In this document: positions 8,927 to 18,999 of the stretch, piece after piece
How the letters are laid out: each line of letters opens with the position of its first letter
Numbering within the stretch: the stretch's first letter is position 1
Source of the DNA: Alloprevotella sp.
GTDB lineage: Bacteria > Bacteroidota > Bacteroidia > Bacteroidales > Bacteroidaceae
NCBI GenBank assembly: GCA_051868755.1
Contig: JBJEAF010000072.1
Location: 1 to 53,020 of the forward strand
DNA: 53,020 bases
Direction of reading: 5' to 3'
The notes under the pieces: generated by a model
The model's input: the letters and a program-made list of their open reading frames with translations, nothing else
The model's database searches: none
Told to the model about the DNA's origin: nothing
Position numbers and translations under genes: made by a program

Positions 8927-10252
8927 ATGAAGAAACTGTTTATTGAAACATACGGCTGCCAGATGAACGTGGCCGACAGCGAGGTGGTTGCCTCGGTAAT
9001 GAGAATGGCTGGGTACGAACCCTGCGAATCGCTGGATGCGGCCGACGCCGTATTCCTGAACACCTGCTCGGTGCGCGACAACGCGGAGCAGAAAATCATT
9101 CACCGCTTGGAGGCCCTGAATGCCTTGCGCCGAAAGGGCCGGCGGCTCATCGTCGGCGTGCTGGGCTGCATGGCCGAACGGGTCAAGGAGGGGCTGCTGG
9201 GCGAATACGGGGCTGACCTCGTGGCCGGACCTGACGCCTACCTCACCCTGCCCGACCTCGTGGCGCAGGCCGAGGCGGGCCACAAGGCCATGAACATTGA
9301 GCTGAGCACTACCGAGACTTACCGCGACGTGGTGCCCGAACGCTATTGCGGAAGCCGCATTTCGGGCTTCGTGAGCATCATGCGTGGCTGCAACAACTTC
9401 TGCCACTACTGCATCGTGCCCTACACGCGAGGCCGCGAACGCTCGCGCGACGTGCAGAGCATCCTGCGCGAAGTGGCTGACCTGTCTGAAAGGGGCTACA
9501 AGGAGGTGACGCTGCTCGGACAGAACGTCAATTCCTACTGCCAGCTGCCTGAAGGCGAGGAGGGGGAGCGTGTCGACTTCCCCACACTGCTGCGTCTCGT
9601 GGCCCGCTCCGTGCCGCACATGCGCATCCGCTTTTCGACCTCCCACCCCAAGGACATGAGCAACGAGACGTTGCAGGTGATTGCCGAAGAACCGAACGTG
9701 TGCCGCCACATTCACCTGCCTGTACAGAGCGGGTCGAACCGCATCCTGAAACTGATGAACCGCAAGTACACGCGCGAATGGTATCTCGACCGCGTGGCGG
9801 CCATCCGCCGCATCGTGCCCGACTGTGGCCTCAGCACCGACATCTTTGCGGGCTACTGCTCCGAGACTGAGGAGGACCACCGCGAGTCGCTCTCGCTGAT
9901 GCGCGAATGCGGCTACGACTCGTCCTTCATGTTCAAATACAGCGAGCGGCCCGGCACCTACGCCTCGCGCCACCTGCCCGACGATGTGCCCGAGACCGAG
10001 AAGGTGCGCCGCTTGGAGGAGCTGATTGCCTTACAGAACGAGCTGAGTGCCGAGAGCAACGCCCGCTGCATCGGCCGCGAATACGAAGTGCTCATCGAAG
10101 GGGTGAGCAAGCGTTCGCGCGAACAGCTCTTCGGCCGCACCGAGCAGAACAAGGTGGTGGTGTTCGACCGCAACAACCACCGGCCCGGCGAACTCGTGCG
10201 GTTGCGCATCACCGAAGCCTCCAGCGCGACACTGAAGGGCGTGGAGGTGTGA
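8927..10252 (+). CDS. miaB: tRNA-2-methylthio-N6-dimethylallyladenosine synthase MiaB
   Basis: MKKLFIETYGCQMN, NTCSVR, GCMAER, radical-SAM CNNFCHYC and C-terminal TRAM domain. Start moved to 8927. Confidence 0.96.
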   Translation: MKKLFIETYGCQMNVADSEVVASVMRMAGYEPCESLDAADAVFLNTCSVRDNAEQKIIHRLEALNALRRKGRRLIVGVLGCMAERVKEGLLGEYGADLVAGPDAYLTLPDLVAQAEAGHKAMNIELSTTETYRDVVPERYCGSRISGFVSIMRGCNNFCHYCIVPYTRGRERSRDVQSILREVADLSERGYKEVTLLGQNVNSYCQLPEGEEGERVDFPTLLRLVARSVPHMRIRFSTSHPKDMSNETLQVIAEEPNVCRHIHLPVQSGSNRILKLMNRKYTREWYLDRVAAIRRIVPDCGLSTDIFAGYCSETEEDHRESLSLMRECGYDSSFMFKYSERPGTYASRHLPDDVPETEKVRRLEELIALQNELSAESNARCIGREYEVLIEGVSKRSREQLFGRTEQNKVVVFDRNNHRPGELVRLRITEASSATLKGVEV

Positions 10253-10270
10253 GCGGAGCTGCGCGGGATA

Positions 10271-10316
10271 CTATAGAAGGCTGTAGATTTCTATAGAGAG
10301 CCACAGCCTTCTATAA
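10271..10316. repeat. 10-bp-period CTATAG micro-array forming a 13-bp hairpin
   Basis: ctatagaagg/ctgtagattt/ctatagagag/ccacagcctt/ctataa. 10272-10284 pairs perfectly with 10303-10315. Confidence 0.65.
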
Positions 10317-10341
10317 CCTCCCGCCGCCTTCCGTCAAACCC

Positions 10342-10391
10342 AAAAAGCAGAGGTTGCCAAGCGATGTGTCGCTTGGCAACCTCTGCTTTTT
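10342..10391. terminator. Bidirectional intrinsic terminator between convergent miaB and rpsO
   Basis: AAAAAGCAGAGGTTGCCAAGCGA-TGTG-TCGCTTGGCAACCTCTGCTTTTT. Confidence 0.9.
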
Positions 10392-10416
10392 GCTCCGTCG
10401 GCCGAAGCCCCGGTCC

Positions 10417-10686
10417 TTACTTACGCAGGCCGAGAGCCTTAACCAGGTTACGGTAACGCTCAATGTCGTTGCGCTTCAGGTAGTTGAGCAGCGCGCGGCG
10501 CTTACCTACCAGCTTCACCAGTGAACGTTCGGTCGTATGATCTTTACGGTTTGCCTTCATGTGCTCCGTCAAGTGGGCAATACGGTAAGAAAACAAGGCC
10601 ACCTGGCTTTCTACCGAGCCGGTGTCCGAATTAGACTGTCCGTACTTGCCAAAGATCTCTTTCTTAATTTCAGGATTTAAGTACAT
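10417..10686 (-). CDS. rpsO: 30S ribosomal protein S15
   Basis: 89 aa. DTGSVESQVA, HLTEH..KDH, GKRRALLNYL and LGLRK. -7 box TACTTTTG at 10741-10748 (minus). Confidence 0.98.
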   Translation of the reverse strand: MYLNPEIKKEIFGKYGQSNSDTGSVESQVALFSYRIAHLTEHMKANRKDHTTERSLVKLVGKRRALLNYLKRNDIERYRNLVKALGLRK

Positions 10687-10986
10687 TGTTTATTAAAGAT
10701 GTTTGGTTGTTTTGACTGCGCCCTTGGGGCATAGCGGGTGCAAAAGTACGAACATTTGCTTTTCCCGCCAACTGAAATCCATGATTTTTAGGCTTTCTGG
10801 CGCAAAAAAGGATTTTTTCTGGCGTAAGAAAGAGACTTTACGACAGACAGGCGGGGCTCTTCGGAGCAGAAATGACGCTTTTTTTGTTCCTGCCTGCCTT
10901 TCGGCGCACCGAAAGCCGGGCTTCGCGGCGGCAGGTTGGGACAAAATGCCTACATTTGCCGCAACCTAAACCCAACTTCTACCCCT

Positions 10987-12651
10987 ATGAGCAAAAACAT
11001 CACCATACGCTGCAAGAACACGGGACGCTCCCACCGCGTGCCCATCGGTTTCACCCTCGAAGAGGTCTACGAGATGCTCGACCTCCAGCTGCCTCACGGT
11101 GCCACCAGTGCCAAGGTGAACAACAAGGTGGAGGGCCTTCACTTCATGTTCTTCAACGACAAGGACGTGGAGTTTCTCGACATCACCTCGCCCTCGGGCC
11201 TGCGCACCTACACGCGCTCGCTCTTCTTTGTGCTCTACAAGGCCGTGCGCGACGTGCTGGGCAAGGAGGCCCGCCTGCGCATCGACACGCCGGTGTCCAA
11301 CGGCTACTACTGCCGCTTGGAGGCGCAGGGCCGCAAGGCGGAGGAGACGGCCCCGCTGCTGAAGGCGCGCATGGATGAGCTGGTGGCGATGGACCTCCCC
11401 TTCCACCGCATCACCTGTCCCACCGACGAGGCCGTGGCGCGCTTCCGGGCGGACGGTTTGGAGAGCAAGGCGCAGCTGCTGGAGGGGCTGGGATCGCTCT
11501 ACACCACTTATTACACGCTCGACGACACGGCCGACTACTTCTACGGCTCGCTGCTCATCAAGACCTCGCAGCTCTACCTCTTCGACCTCATCCCCTTTGG
11601 CGACGGACTCCTGCTGCGCCTGCCCGACCCGCACAACCCCGACGCGCTGCGCCCGATGGTGGAACAGCCCAAAATGTTCGAGGTGTTCCGTGAGCAGCAC
11701 CGCTGGAACGAGATTCTGGGTGTGACGACCATCGGCGAGTTCAACGAGGCGTGCAGCAAGGGCTTCACCAACCAGCTCATCAACGTGAGCGAGGCGCTGC
11801 AGGAGAAGAAGATCGCACGCATGGCCGACCACATCGCCTCTCACCCTGAGCTGAAGGTCATCCTCATCGCGGGACCCTCATCGAGCGGCAAGACGACCTT
11901 CAGCAAGCGGCTCAGCGTGCAGCTCCTGGCCTGCGGACTGCGTCCGCTTCCTATCTCGACCGACGACTACTTTGTGAACCGCACCGACACGCCCCGCGAC
12001 GAGCACGGCGAGTATGACTTTGAGCACATCAACGCGATGAACACCGCCCTGCTCACCGAACAGATCAACGCGCTGCTGGCGGGCGAGGAGGTCGAAACGC
12101 CGCGCTACAACTTCGAGACGGGCCTGAGCGAGCGCAGCGGCCACCGCTACCGTCTGGGGCCGAACGACGTGCTGGTGCTCGAAGGCATCCACGCGCTGAA
12201 CCCGCAGCTCACGGCGGGCGTACCCGAGGCCAACAAGTTCAAGATCTACGCCTCCGCCCTCACCACCATCCTGCTCGATGACCACAACTATATTCCCACC
12301 ACCGACAACCGCCTGCTGCGCCGCATCGTGCGCGACTACAAGTACCGTGCCCGCTCGGCGCAGGAGACCATCCGCCAGTGGCCCTCGGTGCGCCGGGGCG
12401 AGGAGCGCTGGATTTTCCCCTTCCAGGAACAGGCCGACGAAATGATGAACACCGCCCTGCTCTTTGAGCTGGCGGCCCTGCGCGAGCAGGCCCTGCCCCT
12501 GCTCGAACAGGTGCCCGAGCATTCGCCCGAGTACTCCGAGGCTTACCGCCTGCGCAAGTTCCTGGGCTACCTCAAGCCGATCTCGACCCACGGCCTGCCC
12601 CCCACCTCGCTGCTGCGCGAGTTCCTGGGCGGCAGCACCTTCACTTACTAA
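10987..12651 (+). CDS. Nucleoside (uridine) kinase with N-terminal ThrRS-like domains
   Basis: P-loop IAGPSSSGKTT, EGIHALN, DNRLLRRIVRD and PTSLLREFLGGS. -7 box TACATTTG at 10951-10958. Confidence 0.88.
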   Translation: MSKNITIRCKNTGRSHRVPIGFTLEEVYEMLDLQLPHGATSAKVNNKVEGLHFMFFNDKDVEFLDITSPSGLRTYTRSLFFVLYKAVRDVLGKEARLRIDTPVSNGYYCRLEAQGRKAEETAPLLKARMDELVAMDLPFHRITCPTDEAVARFRADGLESKAQLLEGLGSLYTTYYTLDDTADYFYGSLLIKTSQLYLFDLIPFGDGLLLRLPDPHNPDALRPMVEQPKMFEVFREQHRWNEILGVTTIGEFNEACSKGFTNQLINVSEALQEKKIARMADHIASHPELKVILIAGPSSSGKTTFSKRLSVQLLACGLRPLPISTDDYFVNRTDTPRDEHGEYDFEHINAMNTALLTEQINALLAGEEVETPRYNFETGLSERSGHRYRLGPNDVLVLEGIHALNPQLTAGVPEANKFKIYASALTTILLDDHNYIPTTDNRLLRRIVRDYKYRARSAQETIRQWPSVRRGEERWIFPFQEQADEMMNTALLFELAALREQALPLLEQVPEHSPEYSEAYRLRKFLGYLKPISTHGLPPTSLLREFLGGSTFTY

Positions 12652-12694
12652 GAATCCGGCGGGACGCTCTCAGAGAGCGTCCCGCCGGATTCTT
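12650..12694. terminator. Perfect 21-bp hairpin between convergent genes (likely terminator)
   Basis: AAGAATCCGGCGGGACGCTCT-CAG-AGAGCGTCCCGCCGGATTCTT, overlapping the kinase stop codon. Confidence 0.7.
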
Positions 12695-12695
12695 T

Positions 12696-12776
12696 GCCGG
12701 AGGCTCCGGACCTTCCGGATAATCCGGGCTTTCTGGATAATCCAGATTATCCGGACTTTCCGGACCTTCCGGGCCC
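12696..12776. repeat. 9-bp-period micro-array, TCCGGA + 3 variable nt (9 units)
   Basis: gccggaggc/tccggacct/tccggataa/tccgggctt/tctggataa/tccagatta/tccggactt/tccggacct/tccgggccc. Confidence 0.85.
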
Positions 12777-12788
12777 TCCCGCCCCCCG

Positions 12789-13448
12789 TCACAGCAGCCC
12801 CGACTCAACCATGCGCACCACGCGCTCGGTATACTGGTCGTCGCCTTCGGGGTCATACTTCTTGGTCAGGCTGTTGCCAAACAGCAGGGCCACGCTCTGG
12901 TAGAGGTTAGCCTTGAACGTGCCCATAAAGGCCTTGGCGATGTTGTAGCCCGTCTGGTTACACTCGCGGTTCACGAGCTTCACCAACAGGCGGCCCTGTG
13001 AGCGCGTCAGCTTCTTCAGGGCCGGCCCGTATTGCTTCTTCAGCCCCGCCTCGACGCGCTTCACGTGCTCGTCGCGCGACTCCTTGTCGGGCAGGGTTTC
13101 CAGAAAGTCGTAGGTCTCCACGATGGTGAGCTTGGCGAGCTTGGCCCAGGGCAAGACCTTCTTCACGTTATACACCAGGCGGTTATACTTCTCGCGCTCC
13201 TTTGCGTTCTTGAACTGCAGGGGCTGGTATTTGGGCAGCGTGGGATAGATTACATGCGGAATGGTCTGCCCCTTATACTCGGTGGTACCCATTTGCGTCA
13301 TAATGGGCACCTCGGTCTCCTCCACCTCGACCGTGTCGGCGGGTGCCGGCTCTGCGGCCTGCGACCACGCAGCGGGGGCGCACGCCATCCAGAGCAGCAT
13401 CACGAAGGCCGGGATGAGGAAGGGGGAGTTCATTCTACGCATGGACAT
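12789..13448 (-). CDS. DUF4294-like exported protein
   Basis: RLVYNVKKVLPWAK, LKKLTRSQGRLLVKL, FGNSL.KKYDP and a signal peptide. Start 13448, 13442 or 13433. -7 box TACTTTTG at 13470-13477 (minus). Confidence 0.8.
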   Translation of the reverse strand: MSMRRMNSPFLIPAFVMLLWMACAPAAWSQAAEPAPADTVEVEETEVPIMTQMGTTEYKGQTIPHVIYPTLPKYQPLQFKNAKEREKYNRLVYNVKKVLPWAKLAKLTIVETYDFLETLPDKESRDEHVKRVEAGLKKQYGPALKKLTRSQGRLLVKLVNRECNQTGYNIAKAFMGTFKANLYQSVALLFGNSLTKKYDPEGDDQYTERVVRMVESGLL

Positions 13449-13665
13449 AATCAGGGTGTTTGCAGGCCGCAAAAGTAGCAAGAATCTCTTGCATGACGCG
13501 TTATTATATATTAAAGGCTCCCACTTTTCAAGAAAAAGCAGTTCCTTTGTTGCATATAAGCCGGCAGCCCGCCGCGCCGCCGCGCCGCACACCGCGTGAC
13601 GCGACCCGTGGGGACGACTCCAAGGGACTGCCGCCAACACTCACCCATCTAAAACACTGACTCGC

Positions 13666-15981
13666 ATGGGCAAGAAAGGAAACAACAACTCTGGCTCCCG
13701 CCTGAAGAAGAAGGCGGTCATGCAATGGCTCGTCGATATGTTCAACAGCCGCCCCGACAAAGAGTTCAACGTGAAGGACATCTTTGTCCACCTGCACGCC
13801 GCCAACCACCCGGCCAAAATGGTGGTACTCGAAGCCCTTTCGGACCTTGTGCTCGATGACTACATAGCCACCGACGGCAACGGAAACTACCACAATACCA
13901 TCCGCTCCAACGTCATGGAGGGCACTTTTGTGCGCAAGCGCAACGGCCACAACGCCTTCGTGCCCGACGACGGGGGCAAGAGCATTCTGGTCTGCGAACG
14001 CAATTCGCTCCATGCGCTCGACGGCGACCGCGTGCGAGTGACCATGCTGGCACGCCGCGCCGGCCACACCCGCGAGGCCGAAGTCACCGACATCTTGGAG
14101 CGCGCCAACGACACCTTCGTGGGCCAGCTCCAAGTCGAGGCCGGCTACGGCTTCCTCATCACCGAGAGCCGCTCGTTGGCCACCGACATCTTCATTCCCA
14201 AGGACAAGCTCAAGGGAGGCAAGAACGGCGACAAGGCGGTGGTGAAAATCGTGGAGTGGCCTACCGACTCGAAGAGCCCCATCGGCAAGGTCATCGACAT
14301 CCTGGGCCGTCAGGGTGAGAACAACGCCGAGATGCACGCCATCCTGGCGCAGTACGGCCTGCCCTACACCTACCCCGAAAAGGTCGAGAAGGCCGCCGAG
14401 GCTCTCCAGCCCGACATCACGCCCGAGGAGATTGCCCGCCGCGAGGACTTCCGCGAGGTCACGACCTTCACCATCGACCCGCACGACGCCAAGGACTTCG
14501 ACGACGCGCTCTCCATCTGCCCCGCCGGCGAGGGGCTGTGGCAGGTGGGTGTCCACATTGCCGACGTGAGCCACTACGTCAAGGAGGGCGACATCATCGA
14601 CCGAGAGGCCCAGAAGCGCGCCACCAGCGTCTACCTCGTAGACCGCACCATCCCCATGTTGCCCGAACGGCTCTGCAACTTCATCTGCTCCTTGCGCCCC
14701 GACGAGGAAAAACTGGCCTACTCCACCATTTTCACCATGAACGACAAGGGCGAAGTCCTCTCCTGGCACTTGGCACATGCCGTCATCCGCTCCGACCGCC
14801 GCTTCACCTACGAAGAGGTGCAGCACATTCTGGAGCGCAACGGCGAAGCCTCGCCCGACGACCTGGCCCAGCCCGGCGAACACCCCGAACCGCTGCCGCC
14901 CGGCTCCGCTCCCGAGGGTGAATATGCCGCCGAACTGATCAAGCTGAACCGACTGGCCAAACTCTTGCGCGACAAGCGGTTCAAGAACGGTGCCATCGGC
15001 TTCGACCGCGCCGAGGTGCGCTTCGAAATCGACGAGACGGGCCACCCCGTCTCGACCTACGTCAAGGTGGCCAAGGATGCCAACAAGCTGGTTGAGGAGT
15101 TCATGCTCCTGGCCAACCGCAGCGTGGCCGAAATGATAGCCAAGGTGCCCAAGGGAAAGAAGCCGAAGGTCTTCCCCTACCGCATACACGACGTGCCTGA
15201 CCCCGAGAAGATGGAGAAGCTCAGTGCCTTCGTGGCGCGCTTCGGCTACAAGGTGCGCACCGACGGCTCGAAGACGGAGGTCAGCAAGAGCCTCAACCGC
15301 CTGCTCGCCGACGTGAAGGGGAAAAAGGAGGAGAACGTCGTGGAGCTGGTTGCGCTCCGCGCCATGATGAAGGCGCGCTACAGCATCCACAACATCGGCC
15401 ACTACGGCCTCATGTTCCAATACTACACCCACTTCACCTCGCCCATACGCCGCTATCCCGACACCATGGTCCACCGCCTGCTCACGCGCTATGCCGAGGG
15501 CGGACGCTCGGTGAACGCCCAGAAGTATGAGGACCTCTGCGAACATGCCTCCAACATGGAGCAGCTGGCACAGACGGCCGAACGGGCCAGCATCAAGTAC
15601 AAGCAGGTGGAGTTCATGGCCGACCGCATCGGACAGGAGTTCGACGGCTCGGTGAGCGGCGTCACGGAGTTCGGCCTCTATGTCGAGCTGGACGACAGCA
15701 AGTGTGAGGGCATGGTGCCGCTGCGCCTGCTGCTCGACGACTACTACGAGTTCGACGAACGGAACTTCTGTCTCGTGGGCCGCCGCTTCCGCCGCCGCTA
15801 TGCCTTGGGCGACAAGGTGCGCATCCGCGTGGAGCGGGCCAACCTCGAACGCCGCCAGCTCGACTTCGCCTTGGTCAGCACCAATGGCGAAGAGCACACC
15901 GTGCCCGACAAACAGCCGGCCCCGCCTGCCACCCCGAAGCGCAAACGCCCGCGTGGCGGGCGCAGCAAGCGGCTGCACTGA
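13666..15981 (+). CDS. rnr: Ribonuclease R
   Basis: RNB motifs FTIDPHDAKDFDDALS, EEFMLLAN and HFTSPIRRYPD; S1 domain; basic tail. Confidence 0.96.
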   Translation: MGKKGNNNSGSRLKKKAVMQWLVDMFNSRPDKEFNVKDIFVHLHAANHPAKMVVLEALSDLVLDDYIATDGNGNYHNTIRSNVMEGTFVRKRNGHNAFVPDDGGKSILVCERNSLHALDGDRVRVTMLARRAGHTREAEVTDILERANDTFVGQLQVEAGYGFLITESRSLATDIFIPKDKLKGGKNGDKAVVKIVEWPTDSKSPIGKVIDILGRQGENNAEMHAILAQYGLPYTYPEKVEKAAEALQPDITPEEIARREDFREVTTFTIDPHDAKDFDDALSICPAGEGLWQVGVHIADVSHYVKEGDIIDREAQKRATSVYLVDRTIPMLPERLCNFICSLRPDEEKLAYSTIFTMNDKGEVLSWHLAHAVIRSDRRFTYEEVQHILERNGEASPDDLAQPGEHPEPLPPGSAPEGEYAAELIKLNRLAKLLRDKRFKNGAIGFDRAEVRFEIDETGHPVSTYVKVAKDANKLVEEFMLLANRSVAEMIAKVPKGKKPKVFPYRIHDVPDPEKMEKLSAFVARFGYKVRTDGSKTEVSKSLNRLLADVKGKKEENVVELVALRAMMKARYSIHNIGHYGLMFQYYTHFTSPIRRYPDTMVHRLLTRYAEGGRSVNAQKYEDLCEHASNMEQLAQTAERASIKYKQVEFMADRIGQEFDGSVSGVTEFGLYVELDDSKCEGMVPLRLLLDDYYEFDERNFCLVGRRFRRRYALGDKVRIRVERANLERRQLDFALVSTNGEEHTVPDKQPAPPATPKRKRPRGGRSKRLH

Positions 15982-16032
15982 CCTGCCACATTCACACTCT
16001 CTGACTCTATCTAAACCCTACTGTTTTTCAGC

Positions 16033-18621
16033 ATGCACAAACTCCTATTCCTTGTGTTCGCCGCCCTGCTGGGTGTCGCACAGGTCTGGGCCGTACCGGC
16101 CAAACCCACTCCTCTCACCATTCAGCAGCCCGACGGCACAACCCTCACGGTGTTGCTGGTGGGCGACGAATCGTTCCACTATTACCAGACGCTCGACGGC
16201 ATACCCTTGGTGCGCCACGACGACGGCAGCCTCCACTACGCCTGCCTGCAGGACGGCCTCCTGCGCTCGACCGGCGTGCTGGCCCATGAAGCGGCACAGC
16301 GCACACCCGACGAGGCCCGCCTCGTGCTGCAACAGGCTGCCGAACTGTCGGTTCTGCAACAGATGGGGAGCAAGCGGACTGCCGAACGAAACGCCCGGCG
16401 GGCCGAGGCGCGCGCCGCACGGCAGCTGCCCGCGAGCCGAGGCGTGGGCACACCGACCTACCCCGTAGGCGACCGCAAGGGCATCGTCATCCTGGTCAAC
16501 TATCAGGACGTGAAGATGAACGAGAAGCACACCAACGCCGTCTTCACCGACATGATGAACAAGGAGGGCTTCACCGACTTCGGCAACGCCTGCAGCGTAC
16601 ACGACTACTTCAAGGCGCAGTCCTACGGACAGCTCAACCTCACCTTCGACGTGGTGGGGCCCGTCACCGTGTCGGGCAACATGGCCGACTATGGTTGCAA
16701 TGACGCCTACGGCAGCGACGGCACGACAGCCGCCAAAATGGTCTACGAAGCCTGCCAGCTGGCCGACAAGGAGGTGGACTTTGCCGACTACGACTGGAAC
16801 GGCGACGGCGAGGCCGAACAGGTGTTTGTCATCTTCGCCGGCTACAACGAGGCGCAGGGCGGTCCCAGTGCCTCCATCTGGCCCCACGAGTGGTGCATCA
16901 GCTATGCCGGCTATTACCTCACACTCGACGGAGTGAAAATCAATACCTACGGCTGCACCTCCGAACTCACGGGCAGCGCGGGCTCAAGCCTCGACGGCAT
17001 CGGCACAGCCTGCCATGAGTTTTCCCACTGTCTGGGCCTGCCCGACATGTACGACACCTCCAGGGGCAATTTCGGCATGGGACGCTGGAGCATCATGGAC
17101 CAGGGCACCTATGCCGGCAACGGCTATGCACCGGTCGGCTATACGTCCTACGAACGCATGTTCAGCGGCTGGCTCACCCCCACCGAGCTGACCGAAAGTT
17201 GCTTTGTGGAGAACATGAAGCCGCTCACCGACAGCCCCGAAGCCTACATCATCTACAACGAGGCTGACCGCGACGAGTACTACCTGCTCGAAAACAGGCA
17301 GAAGCAAGGCTCCGACGCCGAACTCAGCGGCCACGGCCTCCTCGTGCTCCACGTGGACTACGACATGTGGGACTGGAGCAACAATACCGTGAACAACAGC
17401 TACAACGCCTACGAACGCTGCACCATCATCCCCGCCGACGGTTCGCGCTCCAACGGCACTTCCGACCTCATGGGCGACCCTTATCCGGGCATCAGGAAGA
17501 ACACGGAACTCACCGACGACAGTTCGCCGCAGGCCACCCTCCACAACAAGAACACCGACGGCCTCAAGCTCATGCACAAGCCCATCACGGCCATCAGCGA
17601 GCAGAACGGCAGGGTGTCGTTCCGCTTCATGGGCGGCCTGCCCGTGGCCATGCCCCAACAGCTTCCCGCCACGCTGGTGAGCAGCACGGCCTTCACGGCC
17701 AACTGGACCGAAGTGGCCGATGCCGAGAACTACCAGCTCGAAATGCGCCGCACCGGAGCGACCGACCCCGCCGAAATGGAAATTGCGGCCTTCGACTTCA
17801 CCCAGAAGAACGTGGACCTGATCGAGGACTCCGGCACCGACATCGCCGACGACATCAACGCCTACATGGGCAGCCAGGGCTGGACGGCGGCCAAGGCCTT
17901 CCGCAGCGCAGGCAAGCTGAAGCTCGGCACGGGATTCGTGGCCGGCTGGCTCGCCTCGCCCGTCTACCCGGCCGTCGAGACGGGCTTCGTCACCGTGCGC
18001 CTCACCGAGCAGCAATTTAAGGCCAGCGAGCCGCAGGCCACCGTCCTGCTGAAGGATGCCAACGGCAACATCTTGCAGAAGCAGAACGTCACGCTCGAAG
18101 ACGGCACGCACTTCGTCCACTTCGAAATGGCCCAGCCGCAACCTTTCAGCATCGGCATTCTGGGCAACAAGCGGCTCTACATCGAAGCCTTCGGCATCTA
18201 CGACGGGAAGTTCAACGCCGCCGACTTCGGCCTCGAACCCGCTGCAGCAGCCACGGCCACGGCCGACCACCCCGCGACCCAGACCGTCCGACCGCTGTCG
18301 CAGTATGTCTCGAACTCCACAAGCCAACGGTTTGACTCCCTGGCCAAGGGTGCAACCTACGAGTGGCGCGTCAAGGCATACGCCCCCGCCGGCGAGTCGG
18401 AATGGACCGCCTGGCAGCAGGTGCAGCTGCCCTCCGACGACACGGCCATCCTCCCCTCGCCCATGCTGCCCGACACTCCCGTCGAGGTCTACACCCTGGC
18501 GGGCCGCCGCATAGCCACCACCACCCTGCGCCACTTCGACAGCCTCAACCTGCCCGCCGGCACCTACCTGCTGCGCGGCGCACAGGGCCAGACCCTGAAA
18601 GTCCTGAGCCTGAGTCGGTGA
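16033..18621 (+). CDS. M6 family (immune inhibitor A-like) metalloprotease, probable T9SS cargo
   Basis: Signal peptide, QPDGT..GDE prodomain, zinc motif HEFSHCLGLPD, YYLLENRQ and CTD-like VYTLAGRR...PAGTYLL. Confidence 0.88.
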   Translation: MHKLLFLVFAALLGVAQVWAVPAKPTPLTIQQPDGTTLTVLLVGDESFHYYQTLDGIPLVRHDDGSLHYACLQDGLLRSTGVLAHEAAQRTPDEARLVLQQAAELSVLQQMGSKRTAERNARRAEARAARQLPASRGVGTPTYPVGDRKGIVILVNYQDVKMNEKHTNAVFTDMMNKEGFTDFGNACSVHDYFKAQSYGQLNLTFDVVGPVTVSGNMADYGCNDAYGSDGTTAAKMVYEACQLADKEVDFADYDWNGDGEAEQVFVIFAGYNEAQGGPSASIWPHEWCISYAGYYLTLDGVKINTYGCTSELTGSAGSSLDGIGTACHEFSHCLGLPDMYDTSRGNFGMGRWSIMDQGTYAGNGYAPVGYTSYERMFSGWLTPTELTESCFVENMKPLTDSPEAYIIYNEADRDEYYLLENRQKQGSDAELSGHGLLVLHVDYDMWDWSNNTVNNSYNAYERCTIIPADGSRSNGTSDLMGDPYPGIRKNTELTDDSSPQATLHNKNTDGLKLMHKPITAISEQNGRVSFRFMGGLPVAMPQQLPATLVSSTAFTANWTEVADAENYQLEMRRTGATDPAEMEIAAFDFTQKNVDLIEDSGTDIADDINAYMGSQGWTAAKAFRSAGKLKLGTGFVAGWLASPVYPAVETGFVTVRLTEQQFKASEPQATVLLKDANGNILQKQNVTLEDGTHFVHFEMAQPQPFSIGILGNKRLYIEAFGIYDGKFNAADFGLEPAAAATATADHPATQTVRPLSQYVSNSTSQRFDSLAKGATYEWRVKAYAPAGESEWTAWQQVQLPSDDTAILPSPMLPDTPVEVYTLAGRRIATTTLRHFDSLNLPAGTYLLRGAQGQTLKVLSLSR

Positions 18622-18673
18622 TGCGCGGAGCCAAGGCCGATGATGCCCCCTCCTCCTACCGCGAATGACAACA

Positions 18674-18757
18674 TGCCGAGTTGTTTTCCCGAAGCGGCAC
18701 TTAGAAAATCCTAAGTGCCGCTTTGTTTTTCCGAAGTGCCGGGCTGTTTTTCCGCCT
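18674..18757. repeat. 21-bp-period repeat with central palindrome
   Basis: Four 21-bp units. CGGCACTTAGAAAATCCTAAGTGCCG (18695-18720) is identical at 37779-37804. Confidence 0.8.
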
Positions 18758-18999
18758 TCAAGCAAGGCCCTCCCCCGCCGCCTTCCGCCCCCGACCACCG
18801 TTCCCCGAAATTCCGCTTCGGGGCCCGCCGAAGCCACCAACCCGCCCCTCTCAGTCCTAAAAGATGCTAAGCACATGCCCAATCGGCGTTTTATTTAGTG
18901 AAAAAGACCATTATTTCACAGAAAACCCGAAACCAACCAATGGTTTTTTCTGTAATTTTGCCCGTAATTTCGACGAATCCAAAGCCCCCAAGCTCGCCT

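Noticed and set aside
10987-12651. ThrRS-like domain fused to uridine kinase as a novelty
   Set aside because: This is a known, widespread architecture in Bacteroidetes and Firmicutes.
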